A stretch of 64,000 nucleotides of DNA from Octopus bimaculoides (Eukaryota). The position numbers and the translations under genes are program-made. The notes under the pieces were generated by a model. That model saw only the letters and a list, made by a program, of their open reading frames with translations. It did no database searches and was not told the DNA's origin. This document shows, in pieces, positions 27,166 through 41,137 of the stretch (its first letter is position 1; the number at the start of each line of letters is the position of its first letter). Location: positions 56,101,875 through 56,165,874 of the forward strand of contig NC_068984.1 of assembly GCF_001194135.2 (NCBI RefSeq), written 5' to 3'.

Positions 27166-27490
27166 TGTCATTGTTACTCATATTTTATTCACCTCACCTG
27201 GAATCTGCACTTTGGAAATACTATGAAAGTACCTTTATAAAAAGTACAGGTCTGAATTAGCAAGAGCGGATATCTTCACTTAGCTGGGTTGCGCTGTCTG
27301 CACACACAGCAGGAATATCAGGTACAAACACCCCTGCACAGAGTGTTGATTTTCAATATTCAATTAATATTGTTTGGATGTGTGGATTATACCAACCTAG
27401 CAAGGTGCCTCAATTTGAATACCTAATTCAACAGAATCTTAATGATAGATACATGGATGAATGGATTGCAAATAAGTTTAGATGAGTAGG

Positions 27491-27668
27491 AGGCATAGGA
27501 GTGGCTGTGTGGTAAGTAGCTTGCTTACGAACCACATGGTTCCGGGTTCAGTCCCACTGCATGGCACCTTGGGCAAGTGTCTTCTACTATAGCCTCGGGC
27601 CGACCAAAGCCTTGTGAGTGGATTTGGTAGACGGAAACTGAAAGAAGCCCATCGTATATATGTATATA

Positions 27669-27727
<59 letters not shown>

Positions 27728-27938
27728 TTGTGTGTCTGTGTTTGTCCCCCAACATCGCTTGACAACCGATGCTGGTGTGTTTACGTCCCCGTAACTTAGC
27801 GGTTCGGCAAAAGAGACCGATAGAATAAGTACTAGGCTTCCAAAGAATAAGTCCTGGGGTCGATTCACTCGACTAAAGGCGGTGTTCCAGCATGGCCACA
27901 GTCAAAATGACTGAAACAAGTAAAAGAGAGAGTAAAGA
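27491..27938 (+). mobile_element. tRNA-derived SINE family A, well-preserved copy with internal (TA)n/(TG)n
   Basis: Head GTGGCTGTGTGGTAAG...GGGTTCAGTCCC (A/B boxes), body ccttgggcaagtgtcttctactatagc, tail gactgaaacaagtaaaagag. Other copies (approx.): + 14393..14990, 49585..49975; - 12802..13190, 22170..22573, 28780..28925, 29535..30070, 34105..34290, 34975..35130, 37990..38345, 40430..40565, 60180..60610, 60765..61075, 62860..63010. Confidence 0.88.
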
Positions 27939-28276
27939 GATTAAAAAGAGTGTATTTAATAAACACACATTTAATCTCGCTGTGGAAACAGCCCCCTCCC
28001 ACGCACTCATAATCAAATCACAGCCTCCACTCTTATCTAGTCTGCAGAGAGAGCTCTAAATGTAGTAACTTTAAATGCATGCTTATTAGATATACACATA
28101 AGTTTATTTACAACTTATCCTCAATACATTATCACAGTACTTCTGTTAATTTAATACGCATCAAAAATTAATGTGCTAATCCTACACTCTTTCTTTCTTC
28201 TGTTTCCTCTCTCCTTCTCTCTCTCCCCCACTCCCATCTCTCTCCTCTCTCTCCCCACTCCCATCTATCTCTTTCT

Positions 28277-28320
<44 letters not shown>

Positions 28321-29267
28321 GATGAAGTAAACACTTCTGCCAAAGCAAGGAAGCCTTATGAAGTTATTCTTTAGTTTGCAGAGATAGCTCTATGGTTTAA
28401 CTACTGCTTACACAGTGAGGTTAAATGTATGCCTATTGAACATACACCTCATCATCATCATCGTTTTAACGTCCACTTTTCCATGTTAGCATGAGTCAGA
28501 TGGAAGTTTGATAAGGCAGCAGATTTTCTATAGTCAAATGCCTTTTCCGTCACCAACCCTCACCTGTTTCCAAGTGTAAGGACATATTTCCCCATACCTA
28601 GACATAGTCTCACAGAAGAATGGAAACAAACAACACTGAATGCATGACAGAGATATTCATTTACAATGATTATGCAATGTCAAAGCAAGAAGACAGTAAC
28701 ACATACACACACATATGTGCATACAAACATCATATGCACACAGACACACACATGTGCTCATTATATCCAATGAACTCCTGTCAGTTTCCATCTACCAGAT
28801 CCACTTACAAGGCCGTGGTCAGTCTGGGGCTTTAGCAGAAGACACTTGCTCAAGTTACTATGCAGTGGGATCAAACTCAGGACCATGTGGTTGGGAAGTA
28901 AACTTCTTGCCACACACCCACGTGTGCACCTATGACTAAAAAAATAGCTCTATTACAATATATCCATTTACGTATTGCTTTAGTATTTCAGTTAATTGGT
29001 GTGTGTGTGTGTGATAAATGAAAGTGGTCCAAGAATCTAGGTGGTTACTTCAATTAAAACTCCTGGTAATACTGGCTAACGGAATGTATAGTGACGAAAT
29101 CAATATATAACCAATGTTACATAATCATTGCTCATATTCATGATTTATTACCCATATGTTGTTGAAACAGCTACAGCCTAGGAATAGTTGTGATACCGGT
29201 ACCTCCATTCTTCACCAGACCGACCAAAGCCTTGTGAGTGGATTCGGTAGACAGAAACTGAAAGAAG

Positions 29268-29495
29268 CGAGCTGGCAGAAACGTCAGCACACCGGGCGAA
29301 ATGCTTAGCGGTATTTCGTCTGCCGTTACGTTCTGAGTTCAAATTCCGCTGTGGTCAACTTTGCCTTTCATCCTTGCGGGGTTGATAAATTAAGTACCAG
29401 TTATGCACTGGGGTCGATGTAATCGACTTAGTCCCTTTGTCTGTCCTTGTTTGTCCCCTCTATGTTTAGCCCCTTGTGGGCAATAAAGAAATAAG
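29268..29495 (+). mobile_element. tRNA-derived SINE family B, nested in a family A fragment
   Basis: gagctggcagaaacgtcagc...gttctgagttcaaattcc...ctttgcctttcatcc...taagtaccagtt. Other copies (approx.): + 33820..34040, 36765..36945, 39626..39815, 51293..51460, 51655..51870; - 1208..1400, 6940..7130, 12550..12700, 14040..14130, 21880..21950. Confidence 0.85.
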
Positions 29496-32400
29496 AAACT
29501 GAAAGAAGCTTGTTGTGTGTGTGTATATATATATATTCTTTTATTCTTTTACTTGTTTCAGTCATTTGACTGCAGCCATGCTGGGGCACTGCCTTTTAGT
29601 CAATCAAATCAACCCTAGGACTTATTCTTTGTAAGCCTAGTACTTATTCTATCGTCTTCTTTTGCCAAAGCACTAAGTTACAAGGATGTAAACACACCAA
29701 CATCAGTTGTCAAGCGATGGTGGGGAGACAAACACAGACACACAAATAGAAATATATATGATGGCTTCTTTCAGTTTCCATCTACCAAATCCACTCAATA
29801 TATATCATCATCATCATTTAACATCCGTTAAGTTACAGAGACATAAACACACCAACACCAGTTATCAAGCAGTGATGGGGACAAATGCACACACACACAC
29901 ATATATATGCATAACATACTTCTTGCAGTCTCCATCTACCAAATCCACTCACAAGGATTTGATCAGCCTAAGCATTAGTAGAAGACACTTTCCCAAGGTG
30001 TCACACAGTGAGACTAAACCCAGAAATATGTGGTTGGGAACCAAGCTTCTCACCACACAACTACACCTGTATCTATACATATTAAATGTAAAAGAATTGA
30101 CTGGGTACAACATAAACATCACAACAGTGAAACTAAGTCATAAGTTCAGTCCAGCAAGAGCTTTCAATTCCAGATTTTTATTTGATTTAAATATTGACAA
30201 ACTAAACAATTTGCGAAATAAAGAAAAAATTTCAAGTTAACACATTAATCTGTTTATGTTCGTTAACATTATTTTGTTCCTCAAGTTGTCTTTTATCTAA
30301 AATACCGCAATATCTCGGATAAGTTGCATTCATTGTTTTTCCTGTCGTTATATTGAAGAAATTCATATGTATTTCAAATATCAATAGAAGATAAACACAA
30401 TTATGTGGAGCAAAGCCAAAATTTTAAAATTTTATTTTCTTGCTTGTTTGTTTTCTAACCTATAGACAAAAATAAGCCAACTTAGAAAGAAAGCTAAATA
30501 TGATTATGCTGGACTAAAGATGATAGGGTAATAATAGGTTGGACAACGAACATCAAATTCATTCTTTATAAACAAAGCAATAAATCTTAATGTTATTGTA
30601 AATTTCTGGTGAAGAGAAACCCTTAATTATAAGGTAAATAAACATACATATGTACATTCACGTATACATGTAAACATACTCACAATCACATGTACATGTA
30701 TATGTTTATACAATTGAATGTATATGTAGTATACTTATAAACATGTTTGTATACTATGTTTATGTTTCTATGTATATATGTATGTGTGAGTATAGATGTG
30801 TGTATGTGTGTGCGTATGTGTACATATATATATGTTGGTGTGTCTGTACACATGTTATATATCATCATCATCATCTTCATCATTACCATAGCCTTTTAAT
30901 GTCCATCTTCCTTGCTAGCATGGAGTGGATGAGTTGACAAGATCTGACAGGTTTGAGGACAACGTCATACTTTAGTGTCTGCTTTATCATAGTTCCTAAG
31001 GATGGAAAACCTTTGTAATACCAACTTTACAGTGTACTGTTTGCATGTGTGTGTGTGTGTATTTCTTTCCCTCTGCTTGTATAGGCTGAAGGGGCACTTA
31101 TTTGAGACAACATTTTTATGGCTGGATGCTCATCCTGTCACAGACCCTTTCCTTGACTAACAGATCAGATCACAGAGCTATGGAATGCATGACAAAAGTT
31201 TATCACTCAGACAATCTCATGTGAGAAGCAGTGATTTCAACATTCATGCACAAGCACACATACATGCCATCATCATTTCAACATCTACTTTTCTATGATC
31301 ATATGGATCAGATGATTTTGTCTATGTTCTTCCTGTTGCCAAACCTAATTTGTTTCAAAGTAAGGTCATATTTCCCCATGACTAAACATATTTTAACAGA
31401 ATTGAAATGATGGACACCACTTGTACGATGCTGATGTTTATTCACAGTTATCATGGCAGTGTCAAGACAAGGGGACACTAAAACACACCAACCTATGCAT
31501 ACAAAAATATACAAATACATGTACAAAAACATACATATACAAATATACATGCAAATACATACCTACACACATACAAATACATACATATATACGATGGGCT
31601 TCCTTCAGTTTCTGTCTACCAAATCTATTCACAAGGTTTTGGCTGGCCCAAGGGCAATAGTGGAAGATGCATATCCAAGGTACCACTACAGACACACACA
31701 TACATGCACGTGCATACATACAACTAGTTTCCATGTAGTTTCTACCGACCAACTTCACTCACAAAGCATTAGTTGTCCTGAATCAATAGAAGTTATTTTC
31801 TCAAGATTCCATACTCTGGAACAGGTCCTTAGGCCACATTGTTGTGGAATGAACTTCTTAAGCACACATCCATACCAGCACATAGGCATTTCCCCTGCAT
31901 CTGTCTTCAGCTGAGCGATCCTAATCTTGTGAGCTCATGGGTGTTGGTTTCATGTAAAAAGTACCCATGCCGGTGCCATATAAAAGTGCCCATGCCAGTA
32001 CACTCAGTAAAGTGGTTGGCATTAGGAAGGGAGCCCAGACAGCTCTTTAGCGGGCCTTCTCTTGTCAAACCATCCAACCCATTCCACCATGGAAAACAGA
32101 AGTTAAATTATGATTATGGTGGTGGTGGCGGTGGCAGCAGTGGTGGTAGTGGTGTGTGTGTGTGTGTGTGTATTCATTCCTTTAGACATGCAATGTTGAA
32201 AACATGACTTGACTTCTTTAATAGTAGATTTCCAATATTTACTCAAAATTTTGTCCAACTTTCAAGTATGCTTCTCTCTCATTTTGAAGACATGTCATCA
32301 AATTTACCATGCTATGAAGCACTCTTGAGATTGAGACGAAATCTATAAACTATTGAATATTATTTACAGTTCAATAAATAGCAAAATTTTAAAATTGACA

Positions 32401-34622
32401 AAATCTGACAAGAAAATACTGAATCTGTACTATACTTACATTTTTATGTCTACAAGTTTAGGAGCATGTGTGTGTTTGTCTGAGAAGGGGTGATATGTGT
32501 GTATGAGATACATGTAATTTGAACCTACATATAAACATTCACTCGAAGTGCATATTCTGCATGCTTATATTTTCCTGTGGCATACAAGCAAATATAATAT
32601 AGGTACATATGCATGGCATGTATGTATATTTTGAATATGCTGCAGTTTAGGCCAAATGAACCTGGACATTCATTGATCACTGCTCTTGGGCACCACTAAA
32701 TGGGATGATACCATCACAATAGGCACTATCAGAGGGATTGACAATGCCAAAATTGTTGTAATCTCCAGTCAACAGCTGATGAATTGGTTCTCCTGGAGAG
32801 CAAGTTGCATGTCATTATCATCATCATCCCCATTATAATTATCCTTTATATGCTTCCTTTTTTTTTCTATTGACATTGTTTCAATTAGTTTATAAATTAA
32901 TGAAAAATTTAGTGAAATAGATTTGTCATTATTAAATTGGTGTGTAGAACATAAATTAAAATGAAAGTTTGAAGGAAAATTTTGATTTAGACCACTTTAA
33001 AACAGGAATTCTATATCAAAGAACAAAGGGCAATCTGACGTGGGTTAGCCAGATACCCTTCCTGATGGCAGCCTTTATTTGTTTCTTGAAATGGTATTGA
33101 TGTGACTAGCCCATAAGACTTTCTTGATAAAGAGAATATCCATTTTCTATTCATGATGAAATTAATAGCTCATAGTTAACATTATCTTACACATAAAATT
33201 GTATGTTTGTCAAATTCAAGAAAGAAAACTATGAATAATTTTAATCAATAAGAAATTTCATTTCTTTTATTGAATTTCTATTTTAGTTTCAATTGCAATT
33301 TCTGTCCAACTCTCTCTAATCTTTTTTATGCATTATCTTAGGTTGTTTTTTTTTAGTTTAGTTGCTTATATATTTTTTAAAAAATAAAAATAAAATAAAA
33401 CTCATAAAAATATACTAGGAGGGTAAAGAAAAATGCTGTTTGAATTCATATGAAATTAAGGCTTGGAACTAAGAATTCTAAATGAAACTGTTAACTCCAA
33501 GCTGCCAATACTGTCTTAGTTAACAGAAGATGCAAGAGAGACCAAATGGCTTTGAAGTTTGTTTTATAATAAGATCCTTGATCAGTTCCACTGCTTACCA
33601 TCTTAGACAAGTGTCTTTTAGCATAGCCTCAAGTCAACCTAATCATTGTGAGTGAAATTGGGTACATACAAACTGTTTGAAAGATTTTTGAATTGATAGC
33701 ACCTATTCTTCCAGCTTTGTCATATGTTGTCTAACTGATTCTCCCAGTGAATTACTTAAGGATACATATATTTGTAGAATATTCAGCCAGCTATATGTTA
33801 TGTCAATAAGTAGGCCAGTTATGGTAGCGAGTTGGCAGAATTGTTAGCATGCAGGGCAAAACACTTAGTGGCATTTCATTCATCTTTACGTTCTGAGTTC
33901 AAATTCCACCAAGGTCAACTTTGCCTTTTGTCCTTTCAGAGTCGATAAATAAATACCAGTTGAGCTCTGGGGTCGATGTAATCGACTTAGCCACTTCCCT
34001 GAAGTTGCTAGCCTTGTGCCAAAATTTGAAACCAAAAAGTAGGCCAGCTATTCCATAGCTTGAATAATTGGAACACTCTTCATTGAAATTGACCGAGATC
34101 AATTGTCTTTTAGCTTTTACTTGTTTCAGTCACTGGACTATAAAGGATTTTAGTTGAACAAATCAACCCCAGAACGTTTTTAAGCTTAGTAATTATTCTG
34201 TTGGTCTCTTTTGCTAAACCACTATGTTATGAGGATACAAACAAACCAATACCAGTTGTGAAGCAGTGGTGGGACAAAAATACATACATGTATTTCTCTC
34301 TCTCTCTCTCAAATTGTGCTTGTCCTTGCATACAGGAACGTCCCCTGTATCCCTCTTCAGCTGAGCGTTCCTAATCTTGTGGGCTCATGGGTGCTGGTGC
34401 CATGTAAAAGTACCCATGCCAGTGCTGTGTAAAAGCACCCAGTACACTCTAGAAAGTGGTTGGCATTAGGAAGTGCATCTAGCCATAAAAACCATGCCAA
34501 AACAGACATGGAACCCAGACAGCTCTTCAGCTGGCCAGTTCCTAACAAACCATCCAATCCATGCCAGCATGAAAAATAGATGTTAAATGATAATGGTGAT
34601 GATGATCAAGATGATATGTATA

Positions 34623-34688
<66 letters not shown>

Positions 34689-34926
34689 ACTCAGCTGTAG
34701 AAACACTGCCAAATCAGATTGGAGCCTGGTATAGCCTTCAGGTTCCACCAGTCCTCAGTCAAATCGTCCAACCCATGCTAGCATGGAAAGCGGACGTTAA
34801 ACGATGATGATGATGATGATCACATGACTGACCAGGCTATCAGATGTTGTTACACATCGCTGGTCACAATGCGTTTTGCATTGTTTTAGCCTTCAAATGA
34901 ACCACCCCACTGGCTAGGCGAGCAGG

Positions 34927-34974
<48 letters not shown>

Positions 34975-36974
34975 TATGCCTCTTTCAGTTTCAGTCTACC
35001 AAATTCACTGACAAGGCTTTGGTTGGTCCAGGACTATTGTATAAGACACCTGCCAAAGGTGCACCACATAGTGAGACTGAACCTAGAATCATGTGGCTGG
35101 GACACAAACTTCCTACCACATAGCCATGTCTCCACCCACTTAATAGTTAACACCCACTTTACTCCCTATCACCAATACCCCAGAAACACACATATCCACA
35201 GACTCCAGTAATACCCACCCCAACTGATATCCCCTCCCCCACTCCTGATGACTGAATCCACAAGACATGAATAAGTGGATGAAAGGATGAATCACTGGTG
35301 TAATTAATCACCACAGCCATCAACTTAATCCGTATAATCACTGGTTATATCATCCCAGCCCGACCATTACCACCACCACCACCATCATTGTCATCATCAT
35401 CATCATCACCACCACAACCATTTTTGTAATCATCTTTATCATCAGTTGTAACTTTAGAAATAAAAAGTGTCAAAACAACAACTGCAACAACAAAACTAAT
35501 ACTTCCCACCACCAGTAGCACTACCACCACCTCCACTATCACCACCACCACTATCAACAACAACAGCAACAACATGAGCATACAAAATATGTCAGTGGTT
35601 GAGATTATTTGTAAATCAGCCAAACTGTTAATTTAACAGTGTAATCTCCTTTCAAATTCCCATCCTCAGCCCTTTTTTATTTATTTTTTTAAAATATTTT
35701 TTATTCTTATTTATTCATTTATTTATTTATTTATTTATTCATTTATTTTCACTATCTTAGGGGGCTGCCTGTTCCATATCTTGAAAATCAGTTCAAATCA
35801 AATAGGCTATCAATACCGGCTAATAAGAAAATCAGAATAAATAAATAGATAAATGAATAAATAGATAAATAAATAAATAAACCAGTGAAGTTCCAGTCAT
35901 AAGTTTCTAGTTATTAGGTTCAATTTGTAAAGGTCCATTCCATGGACAACATTCCTGATTTGTGAGTCACCACAGACAAGAAGCATTTCAATATAGGGTT
36001 CCACAAAACTGCTTGCAGTCAACAGTGATTCTGATCAACAATAACAATCTTTGCCATTATCGCCATCATATTCAGCAGCATCACAATACATTTCACCCTC
36101 ATTGTCGGTCGTCGTCATCATCACCTTCATTGTCATCAACATTATCATCGTCATTATTGTCTTCTTCAATGTCATCAATATCTTCTACAGATCTATCAAT
36201 AAATTCACTATCTCTTCTTTACATTGACCATTAATATTATGGGCCCTTCCAGCTAATAAAAAAATATTATTATTATCATTATCATTATTATTTGCTACCA
36301 TTATATTCTTCCTCATCATCTTTACTCTCATTACCCCTATTTATTGCCTAGGTAACATCATGTTTCCATCATTCCACAGAACATTATCCTTATCTGGTTG
36401 TGTAAAAAGTCTCCAAGATACATTACTTTACTTTGATGTAATTACACTGAATAACATTAATCACATTTAGTTGGAGATTAAATATTAGACTTTATTATTG
36501 CAATTTTTATTGTAACATTTCTTCTTTCCCCACTTCTGCTTTTATGTTTTTGTCCCGCTGTCCCCTATTCATTACTCTTGTGACAATGAAATACATTATT
36601 ACTGTAATTATCATGTTTCCAACAGTCCGATATGAGTTTCTACTGCACCACCCAGTGCGCTTTTTGTTGTGTGTGTGTGTGTGAGGTGTGTGCAGCATTG
36701 TACAATGTGGGCCAAAAGTCATGAACCAAAACATTTCACTAGGCAGCAAGCCGACAGGATTGTCAGCATACTAAATAAAATGCTTAGCAGCTTTCATCTC
36801 TCCCTATGTTCTAAGTTCAAATTCTGCCAAGGTCAACTTTACCTTTCATCCTTTCCGGGTCGATAAAATAAGTACCAGTTGAACACTAGGGTTGATGTTG
36901 GCTTCCCTTCTCACCAAATTGCTGGCCTTGTGCCAAAATTTGAAACCATTATTATTATTATTATTATTATTCAT

Positions 36975-37290
36975 TGTGAAGGCACGTGTATTGGTGGTTA
37001 GGGTTTTCGGCTTACAGTCATAAGGTCATGAGTTCAATTCCTGATGATGCATTGTGTCTTTGATCAAGACACTTTATTTCACATTGCTCTAGTCCACTCA
37101 CCTAGCAAAAATGAGTAGTACCTGTATTTCAAAGGGCCAGTCTTGTCACACTCTGTGTCATGCTAAATCTCCCTGAGAACTACGTTAAGGGTACATGTGT
37201 TTGTGGAGTGCTCAGCCACTTGCACTTTAATTTCATGAGCAGGCTTTTCCATTGATCAGATCATCTTAACCAATAGAGTGCCAGTTATTA
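36975..37290 (+). mobile_element. Further tRNA-derived SINE family (D); related heads at 46385..46680 (+) and 760..990 (-)
   Basis: tggtggttaggg...catgagttcaattcctg (A/B boxes), then caagacactttatttcaca shared with the 46385 copy, which also has accctgcaatggactagtc...caggggc, resembling the V-SINE central domain. Confidence 0.65.
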
Positions 37291-38520
37291 TTCATTTTGT
37301 TCATCATTTACAAGTACATGTGAATTCATCATTATTTTATTTATTTTATTCAATTATAGAAAAATGAATGCATGTCTTTGACAATTCCGGAGCATATTGA
37401 ACTTATTTTGTTTTGGCCCACCCTATATTTTGGAGAATGAAGACTGATGTTTCTATGCTACATCTGTTTTACTTAAATTGTTTCTGGTGTTACTTTAATG
37501 TTTCATCTGTTTGTTGCATAGGACAATGATGCACAAGTTGGGTCATATTGCTCAGAAGTGGTGAATTGGGTGGTGATTGTGTCTCATGTGTATTGTGCCA
37601 TATTGCTGTGTGGTAATTGCACAAAGTATGTGTTTTGTGGACTATGTTATATTGGCTGGTGATTATTTAGACCCTAAATTTTAGAGTATATTATTGGGTC
37701 GTTAATGTGAAGAGTGTATATTGAAAGGATTGTGTCATATCCTTGTGTGGTGATTGCACAGAGCTGTGGTCCCCTGCCCTTTTTTTTTTTTTTCTGTATC
37801 ACCGACTTAGTTTCATGCAAGACAATTTTTCCACAGGCCAGGTGATCTTGTACATAACAAAACACAATAAGGTGCATAATATATAATTAAATTATTATGT
37901 ATGCAATACATAATATTATGTATGCAATACATAATATTATGTATACGATACATATATAATGCAAAAATACCTTGCAGACAACCATCTTTTATCTAATCTC
38001 TTGTTTCAGTCATTAGACTGGGGCTATGCTGGGACACTGCCTTGAAGAATTTAATCAACCCCAGTACATATTTTTTAAAGCCTAGTACTTATTTCATTAA
38101 TCTCTTTTGCCAACCGACTAAGTTATGAGGGCATAAACACATCAACACCAGTTGTCAAATGGTAGTGGGGGACAGACACATACACAAGACAGACTTCTTT
38201 CAGTTCCCATCTATCAAATCTACTCATGAGGCTTTGGCTGGCATGAGGCTATAGGAGGAGACACTTGCCCAAGATGCCATGCTGTGAGACTGATGCTGGA
38301 ACTATGTAGTTGGGAGGCAAACTCCTTACCACACAGCCATGCTTTTGCCTTTAGTCAATAAAATAGAAATAAAATTTTAAAATCTAATCTTTCTATGCAG
38401 CTCCATGCCAAATGATCCAAGACCCAATACACTGGTCCACAACCCAGTTGTTGGAGATCCATGGGGTGGAGCATGTGTTGTGTGGATTATGTTATATTAT
38501 TGGATGGTGATTGTCTAGAG

Positions 38521-38773
38521 CAGTGGTAACTATCTTTTTTGCTTACGGACTCCTTTGATTCCTATTTTACATGGGTAGACCCTCCTAGCCATTCAATGTT
38601 TAAAAAATCCTATTATTATATTTTTATAATTAAATATTATCAGGAACTGTATAAAAAAAAAATGAAAATATTCTGTATATTATAAAGGTATAACCAGCTT
38701 ATTGCACATAAATTTTAACAAAATCTTATATTGCCCCTTAAGGGTCATGTGGACTCCAATTGAGAACCCACTG
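38521..38773. mobile_element. hAT (Charlie-type) MITE, 253 bp
   Basis: CAGTGG...CCACTG termini; flanks GTCTAGAG/ATCTAGTG resemble the NTCTAGAN 8-bp target of Charlie elements. Confidence 0.7.
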
Positions 38774-39851
38774 ATCTAGTGTATAAGCTGTGAAGATTGT
38801 GTTATATTTTTAGACGGTGATTGTGTAGTGTATGTTATGTATGTTTGTTTTATCATGTGATGATTAAGCAGAGTATATGTTCAGCAAGTTGTGCAGAAAG
38901 TCTACTGTGTGAATTGTGCTACTGAATAGAAAATGTCTTGCATAGGATGTGAACTGTGGCAAACAGGGCCTTTTTCTTTCTTTTTTTTTTTTAATACAGT
39001 ATGTAGAGTAGTGAGCCTTGATATAATTTTTATGTTTTTCTTCAAATTCTTCTTCACCGTGCCTAGAGTTCCAATTATTATTGGTACTGTGTTCTCACTT
39101 TCATACCCCCACTCCATATCCTGCTTATTTCCATTTCAAGATCCTTGTAGTTTGATAGTTCTTCAACTTCCTTCCTCATAATGTTTTAATCTGAAAATTC
39201 TTTTTTCTTTGTTTTCATTAAAACATTTACAACAGTTTATGCATAATTATTTGCTACTTCTGCTTCTGTTGATTCCACACCTAATAATACAATGTAATTT
39301 ATTTTATATGCCTTTTAAAAAAAAAATGCTTTTGGGTGTATATTTGATATTCTTGAGAACATAAAACTCCAGTTTTGTGCCATGTCACATTTAGTGCAAT
39401 ATCATTTTCCAATATTCTTGTGACTAATAAAGAAATTTTATTATTACTATTACTACTAATGATTATTAATTACTATTTGTCTTGCTGTTGTTAATACTAC
39501 AATTACCATTTTTGTTATAACATTACAAATTCCACCTTCTACTGTTATACTATTGCAAATTCCACCTACTACTGATACTACTGCTGTGGCTGCTGCTGCT
39601 GCTGCTACTACTACTACTACTACTAAGGCCACAAGCTGGCAGAATCGTTAGCATTCTGGACAAAATGCTTAGCGGCATTTCATCTGCCTTGATGTTTTGA
39701 GTTCAAATTCTGTTGAGGTTGACTTTGCCTTTCATCCTTTCAGAGTTGATGAAATAAGCACCAGTTGTATTCTGGGGTCAATGAAATCAACTTACCCCCT
39801 CCCCACAAAATTTCAGCAGCAGTAGTAGTAGTAGTAGCAGTAGTAGTAATA

Positions 39852-39906
<55 letters not shown>

Positions 39907-40013
39907 CGTTAATGGATCTCCAGTGGTTTTGACAGACTACCTATTCATAAAATTAATATGAAAATGGCCGAGTATTCTACTGATGCGTGTACCTTTTAAC
40001 ATAATACTCAAGC

Positions 40014-40366
40014 GCTAATACTACCACTACAACTATTACAACTGCCCCTATTATTGCTACTATGATCATTATTACTGCTTCAAGGGAAGGGATAGTTCTA
40101 CAGAATTTATACAAGCAGAAAGGATAGTTGTTGATGAGACAAAACAAGGTTGAAACAGTCCTGCAATCATTTATGGCATATGTCTTTTTACATAGAGCTT
40201 TATTGTCCAGATTATTTTACTTGGTGAAGAAGAAAAACATAAAAATTATATCAAGGCTCACTACTCTACATACTGTATTAAAAAAAGAAAGAAAAAGGCC
40301 CTGTTTGCCACAGTTCACATCCTATGCAAGACATTTTCTATTCAGTAGCACAATTCACACAGTAGA
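40014..40366. repeat. Mosaic of duplicated local segments
   Basis: 40014..40081 matches 40565..40632; 40082..40097 matches 40663..40678; 40098..40221 matches 41435..41561; 40223..40366 is the inverse of 38901..39058. Confidence 0.9.
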
Positions 40367-41137
40367 TATTGTGTGGACCTTTGAATTACATGTACAACCA
40401 ATCTTGTGGGCTTCTGCATAGCTTCAAAATTCTCGATTTCACTCACAAGTCTTGGACAGACCTAAAGCTATAATAAAAAAAAGACACTGGCCCAAAATGT
40501 CACACAGTGAGATTGAACCCAGGAACTTGTGATTGCAAAGCTAAATACTTAACCATTTAGCTGTGCTAATACTACCACTACAACTATTACAACTGCCCCT
40601 ATTATTGCTACTATGATCACTATTACTGCTTCTGCTTATTCTGGTTGATACTATAAGTTAATAAGGGAAGGGAAAGTTTTGCACATACACAATGCTTCAA
40701 AAAAACCTTTGTGACAAAGGTAAGGTTAAACCTTAAGACTAAAACAGTATTTACTATATAAACTTCATGCATATGAAGTTGTTAATATAAAGATTGGTTA
40801 TTTTTTCTCAACATAAATGTACTCTTACAGGTTCTTACAGATTTGCGTTTCCCCTCTGTTCAATAGAATCAATTGATCTGCTAGTAATAGCAGCAAAATA
40901 TATCTCAAGTTACACTCCACTGTTTAAGTATGGAACAGTATATTGAACAATGTAATCCATGGTAAAACATAAAGTCAGGATGGTCAATAGCCAGGATACC
41001 TGTGATCATAGGTATTACTAAACATACTAAACATGTCTTCTGTAACCACCATGTATCTTCTATTATTGTTAATATTGCTTCTGTTATTATTATTGTTTGC
41101 CACAGTTTCTATAACTACTATTTTCTGTTATCCCCAG

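Noticed and set aside
35942-35968. ATGGACAACATTCCTGATTT-GTGAGT as an alternative first exon
   Set aside because: The donor falls in phase 2 for this ATG, incompatible with the phase-0 acceptor at 41138, and the phase-0 frame has a stop.
37894-37956. Palindromic direct repeats suggestive of CRISPR or loxP-like sites
   Set aside because: Units are contiguous with no spacers, the context is eukaryotic, and no cas or recombinase gene is present.
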